From a virus, in the IMG/VR virus record IMGVR_UViG_3300048928_000047: 64,000 nt of DNA; one strand, written 5' to 3'. Of the stretch, positions 1-8,540 are shown piece by piece. A program made the position numbers and the translations under genes. Below the pieces are notes generated by a model. It was not told the DNA's origin. It ran no database searches and saw nothing but the letters and a program-made list of their open reading frames with translations. Position 1 is the first letter of the stretch. Each line of letters begins with the position of its first letter.

Positions 1-1
1 A

Positions 2-1078
2 CCATCTGTTATTGATTTAAGCCATGTTGATCAAATCAATCTGGTGCTGGATACAGATCCGGTAAACGGTGTAAATGGTAAAATTGATTGGTATTGCGTT
101 AATGACGTACCTACCACCTACTCCTCTACGAGTGGTGATGATTATACCATGTATTTCCGTATCACGGTACAGGGAAGCAATCCGTACAATGCCAAACTTG
201 GTGATTGTGTAATCATCGACTATAAGCTAAATAGTTTGTACTACACACCTGGTATTATCCCGTTCTCCAACATCAGTGACCCTAATACGGCTCTGTTTGA
301 TGGATGGCGTGGACTTCCATATCCAGGATATCAGTACCCTACTCTGTATTGTTTCAAAGGTCAGAACATTGATTATACACGTCTGAATGAAAGTATCAAC
401 TTCCTTTATGACGCTCAGCAATGGTTCTACACAACCTTCAACCCTGTAATGCCTGGTCCTATGGCTCAAGCATTCGTATGGGATCGTTGGGACGCTAAGA
501 AATACGGTGACACCAATGAGTTTACAATGAAACACTGGAACGAGAAAGCTTGGGATGGATACGAAGCTCGCGCATTCTATTGCGCTGCACGTTGCCTCCA
601 CGAACTAAAAGCTCGTAACGAGCCTATTCCACCTAAACTACTGACAGTCGTTAAGAACTGGGTTGACTACCTGAAATGGTTCCAAGATCATAACGATGGA
701 CGTACACCAACCATCTTTAATCCAGATGGAACAGTGCTCGCACCTATTGATGACTTCACAAGTCACATGTCAGCGTTGTGGATGGCTGGATGTTCTTATG
801 TTGGTCTTGCTGGTCTGGAAAGTCAAATTCCTAACATCGGTATTGTGGCTGATCGTTGCTTCGAGCTGATCCAAGAAAATTACATCATTCTGACTCCTAA
901 TCATCCAATGAACGGAAGCTGGAGTGTTGCACCTCGCGCCAATACGGACAACGGCATGTTCTTCGGTTTCCACGCAGGTGAATTGCTACGTGGCTTCGGT
1001 CTGTATGCACTTTACCGTGAACTGAATCCGCAGTCAAGCCTACCAGATATTGGCATTGACTTGAGAAAAAACCAATGA
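2..1078 (+). CDS. virion (baseplate/tail-associated) protein, C-terminal part; 5' end outside window
   Basis: Frame is open from the window edge (no in-frame stop between nt 2 and the listed GTG at 44). Stop overlaps next start (ATGA at 1075). Directly upstream of baseplate genes. No domain recognised by eye. Confidence 0.6.
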   Translation, partial: PSVIDLSHVDQINLVLDTDPVNGVNGKIDWYCVNDVPTTYSSTSGDDYTMYFRITVQGSNPYNAKLGDCVIIDYKLNSLYYTPGIIPFSNISDPNTALFDGWRGLPYPGYQYPTLYCFKGQNIDYTRLNESINFLYDAQQWFYTTFNPVMPGPMAQAFVWDRWDAKKYGDTNEFTMKHWNEKAWDGYEARAFYCAARCLHELKARNEPIPPKLLTVVKNWVDYLKWFQDHNDGRTPTIFNPDGTVLAPIDDFTSHMSALWMAGCSYVGLAGLESQIPNIGIVADRCFELIQENYIILTPNHPMNGSWSVAPRANTDNGMFFGFHAGELLRGFGLYALYRELNPQSSLPDIGIDLRKNQ

Positions 1079-1323
1079 AGAAATTTTTAATCGGAATGTT
1101 TTGTACTTATCCAAACAGCAAAGTTAGTTCTACCAAAGTGTGGAACGCAGTCGGAATGCTTACCATGACAGGAATGTTCATCTTCTTGGGGATCGAAAAA
1201 GAGATCCCTGAGTGGATGGGTTGGGCTTTCGTTTTCATGATCACACCTTCACGCTTAATGAAGAATCTGATCGATCTACGTTGGGGCAGAACACCTGCCC
1301 CTGATAAGAAGGAGGAAGATTAA
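1075..1323 (+). CDS. small membrane protein (two hydrophobic helices)
   Basis: 82 aa with two hydrophobic stretches. ATGA coupling to upstream gene and TAATG coupling to downstream gene. Confidence 0.5.
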   Translation: MKKFLIGMFCTYPNSKVSSTKVWNAVGMLTMTGMFIFLGIEKEIPEWMGWAFVFMITPSRLMKNLIDLRWGRTPAPDKKEED

Positions 1324-2810
1324 TGGCAGATTATGGCCTAACAGATGCGGGATTTGTAATCCCGACATTCGATGACATTCTGAATAACTACATGACTTCC
1401 CTGAAAAACACTTTCGGGGCAGACACTGCAACTTCCGAAGATACAGTTTTCGGGCAGTTGTTCCGCATTGTTGCATACACCGACTATACACTATGGGAAG
1501 GTATGCAGGGTGTTTATAACACACAAACATTAGATGGTGCAGAAGGTATTTACCTCGACGAGATTTTCTCTAAGCGTGGTTTCTACCGACAAGGCGCGTC
1601 TGCTGGTAGTGGCTATGCTTACGTTAAGACGAACAACAAAGCAGCTTGGACTTATGAATTAGGCACAGAAACCTACTTCAATGCAGATAACGACTTGACA
1701 TATTACGTCAGCACTCCTACCATGCTTAACGCTAAGATTGGAGCATACACTATTTCCAAGGCTAACGCAACAGGATCTGGTGTAAACGCTATTACATTCT
1801 ACATGCAGAACGCGAGTGATGGTGGTCTGAACAGTAAAACGCTAAATCCGAACTCTACAACGTTCATTACAGACTTAATGAATTTCATTAAGGCAAACGT
1901 ATCCATCACGGATAGAAACCTTGTATGGAACGATTCAAGCAACGTATACGTAGGTTTTAATACCTCAGATAACGTTAATCCCGTTGGGCTTGTTACTCCA
2001 ATGAAATTCTACGCTTCCATTCCTATCGGAATTAAGTGGAGTGAAATTCCTGTCGTTGGTGCAGAGGCTGGATATAACCCTGTTGGCGTAGAGAGTATCA
2101 CTGGTATCTCTTCAACATTTGCGGGTTACTTAGACACTGGTAACTTCTATGCATTCTCCCCAGGTCGTGATGTTGAAACCGATGCGGAATTCCGTTCACG
2201 TTTCAATGACAACCTTGATGAAGCAAATGCTGCTACTCGTGCTGCGATTGTTAAAGCTCTGCTGTTAACTGACGGTGTAACTAAGGTTAAGATTTATGAT
2301 AACCCGACACTGCACGATCAGACATATGCACCAGCCTTTACTTTCCAAACTATCGTATTTGGTGGTAACGCTGAGGAAGTGGCTAAAGTTATTTATGACA
2401 CTAAGCCAATCAACACCCTGACTTATGGGACTACAGCTATTACTATCACAACGGAAGATGGTGGTCAAGAGATTATTCGTTTCTCTCCAGGTGATAGCCA
2501 AGTTTACTCTCTGAAACTGGTTTATCAGAGTGCTAACGGTTCTACTCTAAGTACGACAGAAAGAGAAAACATTGTCAAGGCTCTCTCTGACCTGCAAGCT
2601 TACTTCGAATTAGGTTCAACTGTTACTAACGACCAGATTAAAGGGGTAATTTATTCCGCTCTGGCGTTTGGACGCTTGACTTCTCTGCGTGTTTATGTTA
2701 AACTTAATACTGAGGATGACAGTAAATATACTGAGAGCGATATCGTTCCTGCGTACAACGTTGTACCATCATTCGACCTTGGAAACATTTCATACGAATA
2801 CGGAGTCTAA
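1323..2810 (+). CDS. baseplate wedge protein, Baseplate_J (P2 gpJ / T4 gp6)-like
   Basis: N-terminus MADYGLTDAGFVIPTFDDIL and the ~500 aa size fit the J-family pattern. Embedded in the baseplate/fibre module. Confidence 0.6.
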   Translation: MADYGLTDAGFVIPTFDDILNNYMTSLKNTFGADTATSEDTVFGQLFRIVAYTDYTLWEGMQGVYNTQTLDGAEGIYLDEIFSKRGFYRQGASAGSGYAYVKTNNKAAWTYELGTETYFNADNDLTYYVSTPTMLNAKIGAYTISKANATGSGVNAITFYMQNASDGGLNSKTLNPNSTTFITDLMNFIKANVSITDRNLVWNDSSNVYVGFNTSDNVNPVGLVTPMKFYASIPIGIKWSEIPVVGAEAGYNPVGVESITGISSTFAGYLDTGNFYAFSPGRDVETDAEFRSRFNDNLDEANAATRAAIVKALLLTDGVTKVKIYDNPTLHDQTYAPAFTFQTIVFGGNAEEVAKVIYDTKPINTLTYGTTAITITTEDGGQEIIRFSPGDSQVYSLKLVYQSANGSTLSTTERENIVKALSDLQAYFELGSTVTNDQIKGVIYSALAFGRLTSLRVYVKLNTEDDSKYTESDIVPAYNVVPSFDLGNISYEYGV

Positions 2811-2812
2811 AA

Positions 2813-3442
2813 ATGGCAGTGAGTGTTGACCATGTAACGACTTGGGATAATATCAATGAAGATGTTAAAAACCTCCTGATTGAAGATTTTAAATCTTCTG
2901 AAAACATTGTCAAGCTCCTTTACGTCATTTCAAGTGAAAAGCAAAAGATAGATCAGGCAATGATCTATCTTGCTAAACACCGTTTGATCTCCACTGCTAC
3001 AGGTGAATATCTCGATATCATCGGTGAAGAAATGGGGATCGAACGAAATGGTTCTGACGATGAAGAGTATAGAACGATTTTAAAAATCAGGGCATATCGT
3101 GTTGCATCCTCTGGTACACGAGGCGACATTATTGATATTTTCGCTCGTTTCACAGGTACAGATAGATCTACGATTAACACATACGTTGGGTTAAACAAAA
3201 CCTTCGACGTATTCTTTTATAACTTGTGTCTGCAATCTGATCAGGCTATTGCGCAACTGCTTAACGTTTTCCCAATTTTAAGTAGCTACCGTTTAGGAGC
3301 GAAGTCTGGATCGGCTTTCGGTTTCACTTCCTATTACGCGACTAAGCCCCCTCATGGGATTGGTGGCCTGGGTTCCCTATACATGGAATCTACCGGAGAA
3401 GAAACTGGACGCATGTGTATGCTAATAGCGCAAATAGAGTAA
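2813..3442 (+). CDS. baseplate wedge / fibre-connector protein (P2 gpI-like position)
   Basis: 209 aa directly after the J-like gene. Motif GEYLDIIGEEMGIERNG. Assignment rests mainly on synteny. Confidence 0.4.
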   Translation: MAVSVDHVTTWDNINEDVKNLLIEDFKSSENIVKLLYVISSEKQKIDQAMIYLAKHRLISTATGEYLDIIGEEMGIERNGSDDEEYRTILKIRAYRVASSGTRGDIIDIFARFTGTDRSTINTYVGLNKTFDVFFYNLCLQSDQAIAQLLNVFPILSSYRLGAKSGSAFGFTSYYATKPPHGIGGLGSLYMESTGEETGRMCMLIAQIE

Positions 3443-3451
3443 GGAGTTTAA

Positions 3452-4528
3452 ATGGCTAAGCCAACATACTACCCTGATTGGGCGACACAAACAGTAACGC
3501 TTCCAGGGACAGGGAACACAAACAAGATTAGACCGAAAGAAACTATCCGCACAGTGGGTATGGACTTCGGTCAAATTATGACTTGCGAAGAATTAAACTG
3601 GCTGCTGAATAACCTTGGATTATGGATTCACTACATCGTAGATGAATTCATGCCAACGTTACCAAACACCTATCTTCCGCTTGTTGGTACTAAAATTACA
3701 ATGGCTGGTGATGCCACTGGTTCTGTAACTTGGAATGGTAACAAAGAAGTTACTCTTTCAATCCAAGTTGTAGATAATAGCCACAACCACCTATCAGCGA
3801 ATATCTCAGACGCTACAAGTAATGTTGTCACTCCTAACGTAGTAGTTAAGCGAGATGGTAATGGTGGTATTTGGGGCGGTGATATCTATGTCTGTGGTAC
3901 AAGCACAACAGATGCTGCAACGATCTTCTTCCAGAACTTCGCTGGTCAAGTTAACGGTAACTTTTCATCCACTTATGCGGGTGGTGGTTATTTGTCAATG
4001 GCACGTATTAACCCTGCAAACGGTGCTCAAACTGCTGTTGTTACCATGTGGGATGGTGGTTATGTTACCCTGACAAGTCCTCGTACAAACGATGCACAGG
4101 ACACAGTAAATGGTAATGCTCTTGTTCGTTTAGATTATTTGAACAACCGTTTAAATACATTACAAACGACATTGCAAAATAACATTAACAATGTTAACAC
4201 CAACCTAACTAACTACATCAACTCTCAGATTGGTGCAGTAAACAACCGTATCACTAACGTTCAAGATTATCTGCAAGGTCAAATCACCAACAATTTAAAC
4301 TATCTAAACGGTAACTTTGTTCGTGATATGCGTCTTGGATCTGAGATTTCTACACATCGTGAAGACTTAGGTCACGAATCGTTTGTCTATCGTGCTCCAT
4401 ACGGCTGCATGGTGACAGGATTTAACGTTCACTCATCAAGTAGTAGTCAAGATGAATTCGTAGATATGTATAGTAGACCTCTTCAAAAGAACGTTAACGG
4501 TACTTGGTACACAGTGGGACAATTATAA
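3452..4528 (+). CDS. tail fibre protein
   Basis: N-terminal YYPDWA...NKIRPKE...ELNWLLNNLGLWIHYI fibre-attachment motif. Long Asn/Gln-rich heptad segment (LNNRLNTLQTTLQNNINNVNTNLTNYINSQIGAVNNRITNVQ). Confidence 0.7.
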   Translation: MAKPTYYPDWATQTVTLPGTGNTNKIRPKETIRTVGMDFGQIMTCEELNWLLNNLGLWIHYIVDEFMPTLPNTYLPLVGTKITMAGDATGSVTWNGNKEVTLSIQVVDNSHNHLSANISDATSNVVTPNVVVKRDGNGGIWGGDIYVCGTSTTDAATIFFQNFAGQVNGNFSSTYAGGGYLSMARINPANGAQTAVVTMWDGGYVTLTSPRTNDAQDTVNGNALVRLDYLNNRLNTLQTTLQNNINNVNTNLTNYINSQIGAVNNRITNVQDYLQGQITNNLNYLNGNFVRDMRLGSEISTHREDLGHESFVYRAPYGCMVTGFNVHSSSSSQDEFVDMYSRPLQKNVNGTWYTVGQL

Positions 4529-5079
4529 TGACTATTTTAATAAACTTTCAAGAATACACTCCTACCGAAGAAGATAAAGTTAAGCTTCAAGATGAGGTGG
4601 GTGTAATTTTTTTAAAATGTGACCAAGGCGTAGATTGGTATGATTCATTCTCAGCTTTCGATGCGAACAAACTGAAAATTGTCTTTGACACTAAAACAGG
4701 TGTAATCGTACAAACTGGTGTAGACATTACTGCCCTATGGCCTAATGGTTATAGTATAGCCGATGTTGAGAATGAGATCAATGTTAAGCCCGATGATCTG
4801 AAAGGAAAAGTCTTTAACATTAGAGCGGGTAAGATTGTTGATCGAGTTTACACCAAAGCTGAACAGAAACTAATTGCAGATAGTAAGATTTCTTCTCTCC
4901 AGAAAGAAGCTTCTAATCTTATGGCTCCTCTCCAGGCAGCTAAGGAATTGGATATGATGACTGAGGAAGAGTCTGCATATTTAAAAGAATTGCAACGTTA
5001 CTTGGTATATTTAAACCGTGTGACTTCGCAAGAAGGTTATCCAACTAATATTGAATGGCCTATCCTGCCAACTAAATAA
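4528..5079 (+). CDS. tail fibre assembly chaperone (Tfa/gp38-like)
   Basis: Start moved to ATG 4528 (TAATG overlap with fibre stop). C-terminus YLKELQRYLVYLNRVTSQEGYPTNIEWPILP resembles Tfa-family C-termini. Follows a fibre gene. Confidence 0.65.
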   Translation: MTILINFQEYTPTEEDKVKLQDEVGVIFLKCDQGVDWYDSFSAFDANKLKIVFDTKTGVIVQTGVDITALWPNGYSIADVENEINVKPDDLKGKVFNIRAGKIVDRVYTKAEQKLIADSKISSLQKEASNLMAPLQAAKELDMMTEEESAYLKELQRYLVYLNRVTSQEGYPTNIEWPILPTK

Positions 5080-5088
5080 GGAGGTCAC

Positions 5089-5430
5089 ATGCAAATTACC
5101 GAACTATGGGATATCGCAAAGGAAACGATACTCCCTCTAATTGGTGTTATCTGGTTCTTCTTCAAACAAAAAGTTGATGACATGTCATCGGACTTAGAAG
5201 AAGTTGAAGACAAGTATCGAGAATTAGAAAAGAAACTCGTCTTTGTCGAATCAACTTACGCAACGAAAGCCGAACTTGCTCAGATGCTGAACCAGATAAA
5301 CTCTACTCTGATGGCAAATAACACCGCTCTTGAACAGAAAATCGAAAAGATTATGGATCTCAAGAACGCGACTATCCAGATGATGTTAGAGGAAATAACT
5401 AAACGCACACAAAGTAAGGACAAAAATTAA
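5089..5430 (+). CDS. membrane-anchored coiled-coil protein
   Basis: GGAGG SD 4 nt upstream of the ATG. N-terminal TM helix (ILPLIGVIWFFF) followed by a heptad-rich helix. Confidence 0.5.
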   Translation: MQITELWDIAKETILPLIGVIWFFFKQKVDDMSSDLEEVEDKYRELEKKLVFVESTYATKAELAQMLNQINSTLMANNTALEQKIEKIMDLKNATIQMMLEEITKRTQSKDKN

Positions 5431-8400
5431 TGGCATTTCCAACATATCCTGCTACAACACTCGATCAGGGTGTTGACCTGGTTATTTTCTCTTCTAACCA
5501 GTTGCACGATGTTATTAACGGTGCTGCAACAGCCACGGTTGAAACTGAAACAGGTTTAATCCCTACGCTGCGTAAAGCATTGCTTGATAACTTCTACTTC
5601 AAAAGTCCTGTCGCTTGGGCGGCAGGTACTAATGAAACAGTATTTAACCAACTCCGTTTCTTCCAGAATGGGATTCTGAGTGGGTATTACTACGCTCCAA
5701 CAGCGACAACCGCTAACCCAATCCCTATGCAAGGGACTCCAGTAGGAGACAACAACTGGGTTCTGTGGGCTATGAAAACTGAACAGCTTGCTAACGAAGT
5801 ATACCCTTGGTTGTACACTGGCGCAACAGGTTATGAGAAAGTTATCAGCCCTCCATACGTGTTTGATAGTGCTATCGTAACTATCAACGGGGTTGTGCAG
5901 ATTGTTGGTGATGCGTATACTATTCAGGACAGCAAGATCATTCTTTCTGAACCTCTTGGTTTAGATCCTGCTACTGGACTACCTAACAAGTTGTTTGCAT
6001 ATATTGGTAAGATTGTAGCCGCTGCGGATAACGATCCTAACCTGGCAAACCGTGTTACTGCACTGGAAACTACTACTTCCAATCTGACAACTCAGATGGG
6101 TAAAGTTCCAACACAGATTGTGGCACGTAAGTTCGGTCTGAAAGATGCAGAAGTTGGTTTAGCACAAACAGGGCAGTCTTTAACAGGTATCAAGGCTCTT
6201 TACGATCCTACAACTCAAGCAGCGTACACTCTACCAGCAGGTATTAGCGGTAACTTCGGTAGCCTTTCTGCAACAGGTGTGTTAACTTACTCAGGTGGTA
6301 CAGTTGATCTTGCTGCACTGGCTGTTGAACGTGGACAATTTGTTCACCTGCCAACGAGCTTCGGTAACGCAGCTACTTTAACTATCAAGAACCAAACCAT
6401 TGGTATGGGTTCAGGTCGTTATCGTTGGGCTGGTACTCTACCTAAGACAATTTCAGCTACAGACACTTTAGAGAGCAGCGGCGGGGTTAGCCCTACCACT
6501 TGGGTTCTGACGAACACAGAAGCGCTCCTAACGCCACACGGTGGTGTATTCAACGACCTGTTCGACGTTGTTTACCTGTCTGAGTTTGCGAACAATTCAA
6601 AATACACTACTCCAGAAGCAGCTTTCCAGGCGGCTCTGACAGCAACTGCTAACAGTAAAGGGAAAGTGTTGAACGCCTACGGGTGTGACATGACTTTCAC
6701 TACAAGCAGCTTTGATATCACTGGTATCACGCTGAAAGGTGGTGTATTCCGTGGTCAACGTGACTATCGTCTACAGAATGCTACCTTAGAAGGTGTAACC
6801 TTCCGTAACGCTCGCGTTATGTATTGGGGTGGTGCAGTTCGTATCTACGATTGCCTGTGGGACGGTGCGCCACGCGCAGGACAAGTTGGTAGCCTGGTAT
6901 TCCAGGGAAACCCAATTACTGGTACATTCGAGATTGACAACTGTACCTTCAAAAACGGTTTATACGGTATTCTTCAACAAGGTACTGGTGAGCCTGTAAC
7001 TCGTGGTGTATTCCGCAACCTTACCTTCATGGATATGCAAGGTGATGCTATCGAACTTAACGTTATCAGTAAACACTATGATGATGGTTGTGTGATCGAG
7101 AACATCTATCTGTCCAATATTGACGGTACAAACGCTCCTATCGCTAACTCCAACTGGGGTATCGGTATCGGTGTTGCAGGACAGGGACCATACGGTTACG
7201 ATATTCCAGACAGTCAATACTGTAAGAATATCACAATCCGCAACGTGTTTGCAAAACGTTGTCGTCAAATTGTTCACGTAGAAGTTGGACGTAACATTAC
7301 TATTGAGAACATCCACGGTGATCCTGACCAAACTGTTTCGACAGGCACTGGTTTAGCAACTGGTGCGGTGGTAATGTACGGAAGCAAAGACTTCACGATT
7401 GACGGTGTTTACGGTGAACCTAAAACTGATGCTAACACTCCAGCAAGTAATATCCGTCTGATTTACTTAGAGTGGGGTACTAACCCAGTATTGGGACCGG
7501 ACGGACAACCAGTTCAGCCACCACAAGGCAGACCTTCAAACCCTTGCTTCAACTACTCTGTTAAGAACGTTCATACTCGTACAGGGCGTGTGTTCGCAGG
7601 TGTTTCAGCAGGACCAGGATTTGAAAACCGTGTGAGCTTCGAGAACATCCGTTGTGCTGCATTACAGCTATTCGGTATTGCTTCTTGGCTGTCTATGTCA
7701 AACATCACTTGTAACAGCTTCGAGTGTGTTGGTCAACCAGAATCAGGACCAGGTACATTCTACGATGGATTCTTCCGTCGCGAGAAATCAGTTCTTGAAA
7801 TGGTCAATGTAAACTGCTACCCAAATGGTAACACAATGGTTAGTGGTCGTCCAGCATGGAGCCGTTGCCGTTACTCTGACATTCACCGTGTCAATTGTAA
7901 CGTTGAAGCCAACATGTATACCAACATCGCTGGCGGAATTGGTGCTCTTCTTGGTTCTACCGGAAAGGTTTACTACTTGGAAGCTAACCCAAGCAGAAAC
8001 ATTGATGGGCTGCACTTCCCAACTGGGAAAGAGTTCGATAAAGGTGACATGATCGTTAAAGCAGATAACACGTTCTTCCTTGTTACGACAAGTGGTGCAT
8101 ATATCCCAGATATTGCAGCATTCGGAATTCGTGCAACAACTGTTGGCGATAAATCACTGGCTCAGAACTTAGTACCAAATGGAACGGCGACAAACGCTTC
8201 TTGGTTATACCATTACCCATTATCAGCCGGAACACGTATCCGTATTCCTGGAGCAGGTGCAGGTGGTGCAGATCTCGATACTGTAATTACCCGCGCACCA
8301 TATCAAGATAATGACCTGTGGACAAACCCTGTCAAGATTGATATTGCCGATCCTATTCAAACAGCTACTGCGGCTGGAATTAGAATTAAAACTGTTCCTA

Positions 8401-8474
8401 ACGACGCAAGTAATGTTTCAGTGGGTAACACTGCGGTAATTCGTCCAACTCCAAACGATGTACCAACGACGTAA
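5430..8474 (+). CDS. tailspike / putative depolymerase with right-handed parallel beta-helix
   Basis: 1014 aa. Repeated beta-helix rungs: NATLEGVTFRNARV, FEIDNCTFKNGLYG, FRNLTFMDMQGDAIE, IENIYLSNIDG, ITIRNVFAKRCRQ, ITIENIHGD. Confidence 0.7.
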   Translation: MAFPTYPATTLDQGVDLVIFSSNQLHDVINGAATATVETETGLIPTLRKALLDNFYFKSPVAWAAGTNETVFNQLRFFQNGILSGYYYAPTATTANPIPMQGTPVGDNNWVLWAMKTEQLANEVYPWLYTGATGYEKVISPPYVFDSAIVTINGVVQIVGDAYTIQDSKIILSEPLGLDPATGLPNKLFAYIGKIVAAADNDPNLANRVTALETTTSNLTTQMGKVPTQIVARKFGLKDAEVGLAQTGQSLTGIKALYDPTTQAAYTLPAGISGNFGSLSATGVLTYSGGTVDLAALAVERGQFVHLPTSFGNAATLTIKNQTIGMGSGRYRWAGTLPKTISATDTLESSGGVSPTTWVLTNTEALLTPHGGVFNDLFDVVYLSEFANNSKYTTPEAAFQAALTATANSKGKVLNAYGCDMTFTTSSFDITGITLKGGVFRGQRDYRLQNATLEGVTFRNARVMYWGGAVRIYDCLWDGAPRAGQVGSLVFQGNPITGTFEIDNCTFKNGLYGILQQGTGEPVTRGVFRNLTFMDMQGDAIELNVISKHYDDGCVIENIYLSNIDGTNAPIANSNWGIGIGVAGQGPYGYDIPDSQYCKNITIRNVFAKRCRQIVHVEVGRNITIENIHGDPDQTVSTGTGLATGAVVMYGSKDFTIDGVYGEPKTDANTPASNIRLIYLEWGTNPVLGPDGQPVQPPQGRPSNPCFNYSVKNVHTRTGRVFAGVSAGPGFENRVSFENIRCAALQLFGIASWLSMSNITCNSFECVGQPESGPGTFYDGFFRREKSVLEMVNVNCYPNGNTMVSGRPAWSRCRYSDIHRVNCNVEANMYTNIAGGIGALLGSTGKVYYLEANPSRNIDGLHFPTGKEFDKGDMIVKADNTFFLVTTSGAYIPDIAAFGIRATTVGDKSLAQNLVPNGTATNASWLYHYPLSAGTRIRIPGAGAGGADLDTVITRAPYQDNDLWTNPVKIDIADPIQTATAAGIRIKTVPNDASNVSVGNTAVIRPTPNDVPTT

Positions 8475-8476
8475 AT

Positions 8477-8496
8477 AGAGGGGAGAAATCCCCTCT
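8477..8496 (+). terminator. rho-independent terminator AGAGGGGA-GAAA-TCCCCTCT
   Basis: Perfect 8-bp stem with GAAA loop, followed by TTTAATTT. Lies 3 nt after the tailspike stop. Identical 20-mer recurs at 11035. Confidence 0.75.
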
Positions 8497-8540
8497 TTAA
8501 TTTCTATGCTACCGTTTAATAATCGAACGAGGAGTAATAA

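Noticed and set aside
227-601. Antisense or out-of-frame ORFs nested inside long genes. Examples: 227-601 (-), 6960-7331 (-), 8730-9110 (-), 15237-15761 (+), 16920-17357 (+), 18282-18839 (+), 25886-26455 (+), 28220-28717 (+), 30294-30749 (+), 32561-33133 (+), 54086-54469 (-).
   Set aside because: They lie wholly within well-supported genes on the other strand or in another frame. They lack SD sequences and have odd composition (Cys/His/Arg-rich, low complexity). They are shadow ORFs.
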